From a virus: a DNA stretch of 64,000 nucleotides. Of this stretch, positions 20,450 to 28,363 are shown one piece after another. Below the pieces are notes generated by a model, which was given only the letters and a program-made list of their open reading frames with translations, was not told the origin of the DNA and did not search any database. Numbering within the stretch: the first letter of the stretch is position 1; the number at the start of each line of letters is the position of its first letter. The position numbers and the translations under genes were made by a program. The stretch lies in IMG/VR virus record IMGVR_UViG_3300027808_000009, positions 1 through 64,000 of that record; one strand, 5' to 3'.

Positions 20450-20746
20450 TTATAAATTTTCAAAAATCTGGATACTATATACTGACCATTTAATGTTTAA
20501 GTTAATATATACCCATTTCATATAAGAAGGATGTAACTTACAAGCTTCTTCTACTGTAATATTAATTAGTGCAGGTTTATTACTAAACCAACATTTATCC
20601 CATGGTCTAGTTCTTCTTCTTGTACCATAGTTACCTTTATCATTTTTCATATCAAAGTCTTGAAACTCTGGTCTTGCCTTATACTTTATGTATCTAAGGT
20701 CTTGCTGAGGAGGTTGTGCTCCAAATGTCATTGTTGAGATTTTCAT
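20450..20746 (-). CDS. hypothetical protein (likely start 20746, not 20920)
   Basis: MKISTMTFG...PSYMKWV. The 5' extension in the ORF track is low-complexity AT-rich sequence. Confidence 0.55.
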   Translation of the reverse strand: MKISTMTFGAQPPQQDLRYIKYKARPEFQDFDMKNDKGNYGTRRRTRPWDKCWFSNKPALINITVEEACKLHPSYMKWVYINLNIKWSVYSIQIFENL

Positions 20747-21202
20747 AGTTGTATATTTTAGTTGAATTATTATTAAACCCGATTTAATGTCTATAATACT
20801 ATTACTCTTTATATAAGTAATACATAACATAATACTATAACTAGTGTATTTATAGTGTAAAGAGTATAGACTAGTGTATTTAGCTATATAATTTATTATA
20901 TGTATAGCTGTATCAGTCATTTAGCTGACCGACTTAAAGTGTTAGTTTAGGTGATAGTTTTTCTGTCAATCACATTCTCACCCTCTAACACGTATAATTT
21001 ATATATATACCCAAAAGTTAACTGACTGATTATCAATATCAAAGTCTACTTGTTACACACGGTGGAGACCGCTGTGTATAATAATCATATTGATTATGTA
21101 CTACGGGATAGTACTGTCAATTTGATTATAATGATATCAATATGCTGTTAATATATACTTAATGCATCTGACTGAGTATATATGTACTGTAATAACACAA
21201 TA

Positions 21203-21244
21203 AAAAACAGTATACTCACACCAATTAAGGCATAAGTATACTGT
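21203..21244 (-). terminator. intrinsic terminator closing the early cassette array
   Basis: ACAGTATACT...AGTATACTGT inverted repeat followed by a T run on the minus strand. Confidence 0.6.
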
Positions 21245-21253
21245 ATAAGGGGA

Positions 21254-21550
21254 CTAGAACTCTACATCTAGGCTTTTAGCCACAGGCTTGAAAGTCATAC
21301 TAGATACTTTCTCAGCACCTTGACCCGCATGGTGTAGCATCCAACTAGCCTCTCCGTCTTCAGGACTAAACCAACTAACTACTAAGTCATCAGATAGACT
21401 AGTAATATCATTAGCAATACGGAAAGTTATTCCCGTATCTGTTGTACCAAATAGTTTACCTGTCTTTGGGTTCTTCAATATCTCTATTGAAGATAGACCG
21501 TTAACAGATGCGAACTTGTTGATAGACTGTGTTTTTGAAAATGTGCTCAT
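21254..21550 (-). CDS. early protein, paralogue 1 (KNPKTG family)
   Basis: Tandem paralogue of 21662-21955. Shares FSKT.SI..FA, ILKNPKTG, and VSWFSPEDG.AS.MLH. Confidence 0.8.
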   Translation of the reverse strand: MSTFSKTQSINKFASVNGLSSIEILKNPKTGKLFGTTDTGITFRIANDITSLSDDLVVSWFSPEDGEASWMLHHAGQGAEKVSSMTFKPVAKSLDVEF

Positions 21551-21661
21551 AATAATTAATTTTTAGTGTTAAACAATTTATATCAATTTCAGTTCTAAAA
21601 TGGTAAAAGCTGCGTAGCAAAAAAATAATAAACCTCTACCAATCAAGGTAGAGGAATATAA

Positions 21662-21955
21662 TTAGAACTCGTGCAATGTAGCAGGAGCTTTTGCAAAGGA
21701 CATAGAAGATACAACCTCTGCACCCGCACCTTTCTTATGCAACATATAAGATGCATCACCGTCTTCAGGTGAAAACCAGGATACCTGCAAATCTGTAGTT
21801 AATTCTTGGATGTCTTTAGCAACACGGTACGTGTTACCTAAATCATCTACCAAGAAATTAGAACCTGTTTTAGGGTTCTTAAGGATATTCAACTCTGAAA
21901 TACCTTGTTTCTCTGCGAATGCAGAAATGCTAATTGTTTTTGAAAAACTGCTCAT
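21662..21955 (-). CDS. early protein, paralogue 2 (KNPKTG family)
   Basis: See paralogue 1. Confidence 0.8.
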   Translation of the reverse strand: MSSFSKTISISAFAEKQGISELNILKNPKTGSNFLVDDLGNTYRVAKDIQELTTDLQVSWFSPEDGDASYMLHKKGAGAEVVSSMSFAKAPATLHEF

Positions 21956-22055
21956 AACTCAAATTTTAAATAGTTAATAAATATATCAATGTCAGTTTTA
22001 AAATGGTTAAAGCTGACGCAGTCAAAAAAAAAAGAATGGGTATAACCCACTCTTG

Positions 22056-22232
22056 TTATTCATTATTACTGATATACTCACGCAATAAATGAACGTGACC
22101 CATTAGAGCATCGTGATATCCTTTAATGTAGCCAGTTTCAAATGGATCATTAGTAGTATCTATATGCGAAATCATTGACTTAGCATCATTTTCAAGATCA
22201 GCAATTATACTGTTTATAAGTTCTGTATTCAT
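22056..22232 (-). CDS. small early protein (58 aa, not in the ORF track)
   Basis: MNTELINSIIADLENDAKSMISHIDTTNDPFETGYIKGYHDALMGHVHLLREYISNNE. Has its own motif copy and terminator. Confidence 0.7.
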   Translation of the reverse strand: MNTELINSIIADLENDAKSMISHIDTTNDPFETGYIKGYHDALMGHVHLLREYISNNE

Positions 22233-22309
22233 AATCTTTAGTTTTAATTAATATTATTAATAGTTAAAAAATGGTAAAAAATAAAGGGGATGTTATTCCC
22301 CCTTAATAT

Positions 22310-22681
22310 TTATATGTCTTTAAACATAGCAACTAAGTCAGCATGGTCATCATTACCATTACTATTCTCTAACTTAGGTAACTTAGGTAAGTTAACGTCT
22401 TTACCTGAATATGCATACCAATCTATTGAACCACAACCTGAGCTTTTACTATAGGTCTCTATGACATATTTCTCAAGCATTTTCCATATATCATTACAAT
22501 ACATACCTGTTACTTTATGATATCCATCAATAGTAAGGCCATCAAATCTTGGTACATAACCCATAGTATTCCATGAGTAACCATCTTCAAGTATTCTAAC
22601 TTTTTCTGCAACAAATGTGATAACAGGAAAAGGTATAGTAGCTTCTACCTCAATCTTTTTTTTATACGTTATTGTTTTCAT
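22310..22681 (-). CDS. early hypothetical protein
   Basis: 123 aa, follows the motif copy at 22711. Confidence 0.7.
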   Translation of the reverse strand: MKTITYKKKIEVEATIPFPVITFVAEKVRILEDGYSWNTMGYVPRFDGLTIDGYHKVTGMYCNDIWKMLEKYVIETYSKSSGCGSIDWYAYSGKDVNLPKLPKLENSNGNDDHADLVAMFKDI

Positions 22682-22748
22682 AATCTTTAATTTAAATTAA
22701 TATTATTATTAGTTATAAAATGGTCCCCAAAGGGGTAAATAGTGTGCA

Positions 22749-22970
22749 TCATTTGACACACACTATTTTAAACACACCTTGAGTATATCCATTACTCATC
22801 AGTTGCTTCTTCTTCCAAAGGGCTAATGCCTTAGAAGGAAACACAAAACTCTCTAAGAGTCTTGTGTTATTGTGGTACTCAAGCCTGTACAACGGATATG
22901 ATTTTACTACCATCAATCTCAGTATATTCAGTGAACATATCAAAATAGTGGTTAGCATAATTATCCGCAT
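22749..22970 (-). CDS. early hypothetical protein (start probably internal)
   Basis: Overlaps 22879-23133. Second gene of its cassette. Confidence 0.45.
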   Translation of the reverse strand: MRIIMLTTILICSLNILRLMVVKSYPLYRLEYHNNTRLLESFVFPSKALALWKKKQLMSNGYTQGVFKIVCVK

Positions 22971-23133
22971 TCATACAACGGCAGGTAACTTTCTGCTCTT
23001 CAGGTGAACCATAGAATGAATATGTTAATTCACCCATAGTAAATGAACCCGCATATAACCAACCTCTCTTGATACCACGCATTAAATGTGTACTGTTTAA
23101 TGCTTTTTCCAATGCTAATCTAATCTCTTCCAT
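22879..23133 (-). CDS. early hypothetical protein
   Basis: 84 aa, follows the motif copy at 23152. Confidence 0.7.
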   Translation of the reverse strand: MEEIRLALEKALNSTHLMRGIKRGWLYAGSFTMGELTYSFYGSPEEQKVTCRCMNADNYANHYFDMFTEYTEIDGSKIISVVQA

Positions 23134-23193
23134 AATATATAATTTAATGACAGTTAAAAAATGGTTAAAAAAAGGGGGAATTACCCCCTATTG

Positions 23194-23517
23194 TTAAAAC
23201 AAACTAATCTCTGCTTGATTAAGTTCTTCCTGTATTTCATCAGTTACAGGTATGCTAAATACTATATGTCCTGAACATACGTCCATAACATTATCTTTAA
23301 CATAAAACCCAACACCTGAAGTACAACTGTCTCCATCATCAAGCAACATAACAGTACAAGAATAATGATCCCAACCTACATAATCTGTATCAATGAAGAT
23401 TGTACCTTCTTTGTATACTGTTTTATGTAGTGATTTAACCTCTCCTGTTACTGTTTCACCAAAGTTATCAGAACCTTGGTTAAATGCTTTTATAGCAATT
23501 TCACTTAAATTTTTCAT
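23194..23517 (-). CDS. acidic early hypothetical protein
   Basis: 107 aa, follows the motif copy at 23537. Confidence 0.7.
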   Translation of the reverse strand: MKNLSEIAIKAFNQGSDNFGETVTGEVKSLHKTVYKEGTIFIDTDYVGWDHYSCTVMLLDDGDSCTSGVGFYVKDNVMDVCSGHIVFSIPVTDEIQEELNQAEISLF

Positions 23518-23555
23518 AATAAATAGTTTTAATGACAGTTAAAAAATGGTTTATT

Positions 23556-23695
23556 AAAAAAAAGAATAACAAGTTAAACATAAAGCTCTCCTTTTTGGAA
23601 CTTTTTGCATCATTTCTCTACTTGACTTGCAAGCTTGTCAGTGCACCAAGGTGTACAAGCTTCTTGTAGAGAACAAACATTTAACTGTGTTATTC
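23556..23695 (-). ncRNA. candidate ~140-nt structured small RNA
   Basis: Occupies a whole cassette. The 5' and 3' ends pair (GAATAAC/GTTATTC and AGTTAAA/TTTAACT), there is an inner long hairpin (TTCTCTAC/GTAGAGAA, AAGCTTGT/ACAAGCTT), and it ends in U8. Confidence 0.65.
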
Positions 23696-23745
23696 AATAT
23701 GAGTTATAAAATGGTTGACTAAAAGAGAGATGACCTCTCCTTTCT

Positions 23746-23895
23746 TTAGAAAGGGAGATCATCATCATCACACGGATAAGTCATATCCGCTTGTTCTATC
23801 ATCCAAAGAGCAAAGGCTTCTTGCTCTTCAAAGATGAAGTCAGAGAGTTCTTGGTAGAACTCTCTTTCCATACGAGTGTATTCATCTTGTGTCAT
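23746..23895 (-). CDS. 49-aa acidic peptide ending DDDDLPF (SSB C-terminal-tail mimic; not in the ORF track)
   Basis: MTQDEYTRMEREFYQELSDFIFEEQEAFALWMIEQADMTYPCDDDDLPF, with 15 D/E against 2 R. Has its own motif copy (23920) and terminator. Confidence 0.75.
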   Translation of the reverse strand: MTQDEYTRMEREFYQELSDFIFEEQEAFALWMIEQADMTYPCDDDDLPF

Positions 23896-23955
23896 AATAT
23901 AAAGTATTAAGTTATAAGGAGTTATAAAATGGTAAAAAAAGGGGTATAATACCCC

Positions 23956-24114
23956 TTATTTAATCTTAACAAAGCCAAATTCTAACCATCTTTTAATAAA
24001 GTCAGTACTGTATGTATTTTTATCAGTAATAATCTCACCTGTAGTTCTATTGTTATTGGCTTTTATAATAACCTCTTCTCTGTCTTTAAAAACAAGTATA
24101 TTTCCTTTTTTCAT
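23956..24114 (-). CDS. small early protein (52 aa, not in the ORF track)
   Basis: MKKGNILVFKDREEVIIKANNNRTTGEIITDKNTYSTDFIKRWLEFGFVKIK. Follows the motif copy at 24134. Confidence 0.65.
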   Translation of the reverse strand: MKKGNILVFKDREEVIIKANNNRTTGEIITDKNTYSTDFIKRWLEFGFVKIK

Positions 24115-24175
24115 AATAATAAGTTTTAATTATAGTTATAAAATGGTGACAAAAAAAGGGGAATAATCCCCTTAA

Positions 24176-24322
24176 TTAATTTTCACTCCAAAACTCTAAT
24201 ATATAATTACCACATATATCTTTTCCCATTCCTCCATATAATTCATATAATTCCTCAACAAAATATTTTTCTCTATCTATTTCATTATTACATTCATCAT
24301 ATATAATTTTATTATACCACAT
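24176..24322 (-). CDS. small acidic early protein (likely start 24322)
   Basis: MWYNKIIYDEC...EFWSEN. The motif copy at 24353 lies inside the longer ORF-track call. Confidence 0.6.
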   Translation of the reverse strand: MWYNKIIYDECNNEIDREKYFVEELYELYGGMGKDICGNYILEFWSEN

Positions 24323-24409
24323 AATCTTTAAATTTAAGTTAATATTAATAACAGTTATAAGATGGTCACAAGAAAAAAACATAAGAGCCATTAGGCTCCT
24401 ATGTTGTTA

Positions 24410-24616
24410 TTAACTCCAACCTTTATACTTCTTCAAGTATTCAGGTGTATATTTTTCTGAGTCAGGGGTCCTAATGCCTCCGAACCAAAAGATAAATCCT
24501 ATTACACTGAAGCAAACGCACAGTGTTGGTAGCATCTCTAGGTATGCTTCCACAGCACCACCTAGAAATACACATGATACAAAGATCATGTATCTAAAGT
24601 AATTAGTATATTTCAT
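24410..24616 (-). CDS. early membrane protein
   Basis: Two hydrophobic helices. First gene of the minus arm. Confidence 0.7.
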   Translation of the reverse strand: MKYTNYFRYMIFVSCVFLGGAVEAYLEMLPTLCVCFSVIGFIFWFGGIRTPDSEKYTPEYLKKYKGWS

Positions 24617-24657
24617 AGCAATTAATTTTAATTAAAGTCAGTTCTAATATGGTCTAT

Positions 24658-24815
24658 CTTGCGTAGCAAGCATAGGGGGTACCACCTCCGGGCTGAGGGG
24701 GTGGGGGTGTTGTAGGGAGGGTCCACCTCCTTCTCTTACATACATCATCCCCAAATTCCGTAGTCCCTCTCTTAATGTATTTCACTCAGGAAGAATTACC
24801 GGGGAATGTTATCTG
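24658..24815. other. GC-rich island at the strand switch (possible genome terminus/packaging site or origin)
   Basis: GGGGGTACC, G runs, and a GGAGG/CCTCC hairpin within an otherwise AT-rich sequence, exactly between the divergent arms. Confidence 0.45.
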
Positions 24816-24928
24816 GTATCAGTAATTATATATATATTTGTACTGTATCATAAAAACTTATGTTAGGTAAGAAGATCCTCAGACTCCTGTCTGGGGATTT
24901 TGTTTTATATTTGTATTTTAAATATGTT

Positions 24929-25195
24929 ATGATGAAATTATATACAGAGAGACCAAGAACTATTGAGGCTATGCAATATGATGGTACAGAGAAAATGGCA
25001 ATTGAGATTGCTGGTATGAAAAACTTTGAAGGTATGCTAGATTATAAACAGAAAAAGTTTTCTACTTTATGGATTGAGATAGGGGGTAAAGAATTTAAAG
25101 TTGACCGGGGGGACTATCTTATACAAGACTGGGAAGAGCAGTTCTCTATAATGTCTGAAAAAATATTTGAAAAATTTTATAAAGAATTGGTATAA
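24929..25195 (+). CDS. conserved phage protein (IEAxQ...GDYxI family; likely start 24929)
   Basis: RPRTIEAMQYDG...VDRGDYLIQ...IMSEKIFEKFY pattern. Confidence 0.7.
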   Translation: MMKLYTERPRTIEAMQYDGTEKMAIEIAGMKNFEGMLDYKQKKFSTLWIEIGGKEFKVDRGDYLIQDWEEQFSIMSEKIFEKFYKELV

Positions 25196-25314
25196 AATAC
25201 TTATCTTTATATCCGTAATGTAGATGTTTACGGTTCATTTATTTTATTTAATTGATTGATGGTTATAAAGCTCTGAATTAAAAACTCAGGGCTTTGTTTT
25301 TTTAAAGAGATAGC

Positions 25315-26283
25315 ATGGCAGTATTTGATGGACAGTATAAAAAGATATTAGAAGAAATCTATTATGGAGGATATAAGTATCAGGATCCAAATAGAAAAGG
25401 AGTTGAGAGGATAGAGATATCCATGATCAATCTTTATTGCAGACCTAGTATTGGGTTTCCTGCATTGACTACTAAAGAGGTTTATTTTAAAGGAGCAATA
25501 GCTGAGTTGATATTCTTTATGTCTGGTTCTACTGATATAAGGAAGCTTTGGGAAATGGGTGTTAGATTCTGGGATAAGGATTGGGCACACTTCCATAACT
25601 ATTCAGAGGCTGCAGCAAATTATTTATATGAAGGTTGGAAATCAAATAAGGAAGACTACAAGGATGCATCTGTATCAAAAGTTTATGACATGGGTAAGAT
25701 CTATTCTCATCAGTGGAGAAACGCCAATGGAGTTGATCAGTTATATAAGCTTGTTTCTTCCATGATTAAAACTCCTATGTCAACATCATTAATCGTTAAC
25801 TCTTGGAATCCCGCAGATCTTCCTGATATGTGTTTGCCTCCGTGTCATTATTCTTTTCAGATTATATGTCAACCTGTAAAAGATACTTACACATTCAATC
25901 TTGTATGGAGTCAAAGGTCTACAGATTTTTTCTTGGGTACTCCCGTTAACATAATGTTCTATGCAACCCTTGCTCAAGTGTTAGAGATAATGACGGGATA
26001 TAAATGTGCAGCAGTTATTGGAGAGTTAAAGAATGTCCATATATATGATAACCAAATTGAGGTAGCTAAAGAGTTAATGTTTAGAGATCCTGAATTATAT
26101 GGAGAAAGTAAACTTGTAATTGATAAATCTAAGTTTAAACTTTTTTTAGATAATCCTTCAACTTTAAACTTTAATAGTGTAATAAATTCACTATCTTTAC
26201 AGGACTTTAGTTTGGTTGGCTATAACAGTTATCCAAAGTTGAAAGTAGAAATGTTAAGTTATAATAAAAAACAAGAATCATGA
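25315..26283 (+). CDS. thyA: thymidylate synthase
   Basis: FPALTTKEV, IYSHQWR, catalytic LPPCH, QRSTDFFLGTPVN, and HIYDNQ motifs. Confidence 0.95.
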   Translation: MAVFDGQYKKILEEIYYGGYKYQDPNRKGVERIEISMINLYCRPSIGFPALTTKEVYFKGAIAELIFFMSGSTDIRKLWEMGVRFWDKDWAHFHNYSEAAANYLYEGWKSNKEDYKDASVSKVYDMGKIYSHQWRNANGVDQLYKLVSSMIKTPMSTSLIVNSWNPADLPDMCLPPCHYSFQIICQPVKDTYTFNLVWSQRSTDFFLGTPVNIMFYATLAQVLEIMTGYKCAAVIGELKNVHIYDNQIEVAKELMFRDPELYGESKLVIDKSKFKLFLDNPSTLNFNSVINSLSLQDFSLVGYNSYPKLKVEMLSYNKKQES

Positions 26284-26570
26284 GTACAGCATTTAAGAGC
26301 CTAAAAGGACGAAGAGTATTGGTTAATCAACCAGAGATGAAAGAGTCAGCTATCCAATTGAGTGAAGCAGACAAAGCACACATTGAACAAGAGTCAATGA
26401 AACAGTGGACACGTTTAGAAGTGTTTGCAGTAGGTGAAGAAGTTAAAACTGTAACAGCAGGTGATTCAGTTTATATTTCAGTTGCAGCAATTAAAGGAGC
26501 AGAAGTTATTGAAGTAGATAAAACTATCAAGCTTATGCTTAGTGAGTATGACGTTGCAATTGTTTGGTAA
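26280..26570 (+). CDS. groES: GroES-like co-chaperonin
   Basis: LKGRRVLV...EVFAVGEEVKTVTAGDSV...LMLSEYDVAIV matches the Cpn10 pattern. Confidence 0.7.
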   Translation: MSTAFKSLKGRRVLVNQPEMKESAIQLSEADKAHIEQESMKQWTRLEVFAVGEEVKTVTAGDSVYISVAAIKGAEVIEVDKTIKLMLSEYDVAIVW

Positions 26571-26997
26571 GATGAAGCCTTTAGTTTGTGATGATTATAA
26601 AAGGATGGTTGGAAAACCTGAGACAACAAGTACATATAAAAAGAGTTTGAAAATTATGGCTGAGATTGCTGCAAATAAAAACCAAGAAATGTATAATGAT
26701 TATATCAGGAAAACTACACCAAGTCCTTATGTAGGAAAAGATCCTTTTGCAGGAAAAAAACCTACAGCAGTAAACTTACCTAGTACCGCACTAAGACCTT
26801 CTCATTATGGAGGAGCTGATAGTACTTATGAAGTATTCAATGTACTTGAAGCATGGAAACTAGATAAAGACTTTTACTTAGGTAATGTAATTAAGTATAT
26901 TGCAAGAGCAGGTAAAAAAGATGCTACTAAAGAATTAGAGGATCTGCAAAAAGCTGAAGTGTATTTAAAAAGAAGAATTGCTGAACTGAAAAAATGA
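26542..26997 (+). CDS. DUF3310 domain protein
   Basis: PSHYGG...YEV...FYLGNVIKYIARAGKK...EDLQKAEVYL. Confidence 0.85.
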   Translation: MSMTLQLFGKMKPLVCDDYKRMVGKPETTSTYKKSLKIMAEIAANKNQEMYNDYIRKTTPSPYVGKDPFAGKKPTAVNLPSTALRPSHYGGADSTYEVFNVLEAWKLDKDFYLGNVIKYIARAGKKDATKELEDLQKAEVYLKRRIAELKK

Positions 26998-27227
26998 AAT
27001 GTTTGTTGCTTGTATTATTATTGTGTTCCTGCGCTCCCCGTATTATTGGTCCTAACTATAATCAAGGTAGGACTCACAATTCTGATCTAGGTAATAGAGA
27101 AAGAACTGTAATGGCAGAGGATGCAAGAATGAAAAATACAATGATAAAACATAGACAACAGGCAAGACGTGGTTTAGTTAAAACAAAAAAAGTTAGAAAA
27201 AAGAAAGGTAAAAGGTTTATTAATTAA
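26994..27227 (+). CDS. putative lipoprotein with a basic C-terminus
   Basis: MKCLLLVLLLCSC is a signal peptidase II-type lipobox. Confidence 0.55.
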   Translation: MKCLLLVLLLCSCAPRIIGPNYNQGRTHNSDLGNRERTVMAEDARMKNTMIKHRQQARRGLVKTKKVRKKKGKRFIN

Positions 27228-27455
27228 AATATTATATCTAATATTGCAACTCCTTTTTTGTTCTCAGTTTTTCGCTGGCTGAAGATTTCCCAATAAGTTA
27301 ATTCTTATTGGGATTTTTTATTTATATTTGCACTGTATCATGCAATACTTACTAGATGAGTTAGGTAAGGAAATCCCGGATAATTAATCTGGGATTTTGT
27401 TTTTATATTATTATTATGTATATTATATTATATAATTAAATATAAAAATAAAGTC

Positions 27456-28343
27456 ATGGATATTTTAAATATTATTTCTTGGGTAAAAGGTAAACGTCAA
27501 GTAACCTCTGTAGATCCAACTAAATCTCTTATACCAGTAGGAATAAAAGATGACCGCAGAGATGATGGTTACTTAACAGGTGTAATAACCGTTGAAGATT
27601 TGTTAGCTGCATCAGCATCAGCAATAGGAGTTAATGGTACATCATTATATTCTACTACTCCATTAGCTGGACCAGTAGGTCCTGATAATAATATTGTATT
27701 AGGTGACCAAGCAGGAACTGGTAGTGCAAGTACTGCGTATAATTCAAACTTTTTAGGGCAAACTGCGGGCTATGATAGCAATAATGTTGGGCATTCAAAC
27801 TTTTTTGGGACAGCTGCAGGAAAAAATTCAAATGTTAACCTATCTAATTTTTTAGGTTATTATGCAGGACACAATGCAACTAATGCCAATTATTCTAACT
27901 TTTTAGGACCACAAGCAGGACAAAATGCAACTAGTGCCGACACTTCTAACTTTTTAGGTGTATATACTGGTTATGCTGCAACTAATGCATTCTTTTCAAA
28001 TTTCTTAGGGTCTCGTGCTGGGTTTCAGGCTGCTAGTGCTTATTTTTCTAACTTTATAGGGGTGGATGCTGGAAGTGGTGCAACTACCGCAAACACTTGT
28101 AACTTCTTAGGAAAAGAAGCAGGAATGAACTCTACAGGTGATAATGTAAATGCATTTGGTTATCAAGCACATAAAGGAGGAACACTATCAGGACAAACAG
28201 TTTTTGCTAATGGTTCTTTACCTTCTTATACAAATAGAACTGCAGCAACAACCGCTATCAGTATTCCTAATGGAGCTGTATCAGGAAGTACATACTTATA
28301 TTATAATCAAACAACTTTTGCCATAGAGGCAGTAAGACTTTAA
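27456..28343 (+). CDS. fibre/decoration protein with shared MDILN N-terminal module and SNFLG repeats
   Basis: N-terminal module shared with 28652, 29243 and 31169. About 14-aa repeats (SNFLG..AG..A..A) suggest a beta-roll or YadA-like head. Confidence 0.7.
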   Translation: MDILNIISWVKGKRQVTSVDPTKSLIPVGIKDDRRDDGYLTGVITVEDLLAASASAIGVNGTSLYSTTPLAGPVGPDNNIVLGDQAGTGSASTAYNSNFLGQTAGYDSNNVGHSNFFGTAAGKNSNVNLSNFLGYYAGHNATNANYSNFLGPQAGQNATSADTSNFLGVYTGYAATNAFFSNFLGSRAGFQAASAYFSNFIGVDAGSGATTANTCNFLGKEAGMNSTGDNVNAFGYQAHKGGTLSGQTVFANGSLPSYTNRTAATTAISIPNGAVSGSTYLYYNQTTFAIEAVRL

Positions 28344-28363
28344 TAAATAAATAAAAACATATT

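Larger units (their letters stand above)
21591..24653 (-). promoter_or_regulatory. 11 copies of a 14-nt early promoter-like motif (minus strand ACCAT-[T/C/A]-T-T-[A/T]-N-AACT)
   Basis: Plus-strand copies at 21591, 21994, 22262, 22711, 23152, 23537, 23702, 23920, 24134, 24353 and 24640. Each lies about 19-41 nt upstream of a minus-strand ATG (or about 7 nt from an RNA stem), and most lie just after a terminator hairpin. Confidence 0.8.

Noticed and set aside
20921-21200. AT-rich non-coding gap with GATTAT-like words as a replication origin
   Set aside because: The repeats are short and irregular, with no clear iterons or DnaA boxes, so the evidence is insufficient.
23620-23682. 20-codon ORF MFVLYKKLVHLGALTSLQVK as a type I toxin or leader peptide
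   Set aside because: It is not hydrophobic enough for a membrane toxin, its AUG is sequestered in the closing stem, and the extensive pairing is better explained as an RNA. It cannot be fully excluded.
21591-24653. CRISPR array interpretation of the repeated 14-mer
   Set aside because: Spacing is irregular (170-450 nt), the intervals are ORFs with terminators, the repeat is short and degenerate, and there are no cas genes.
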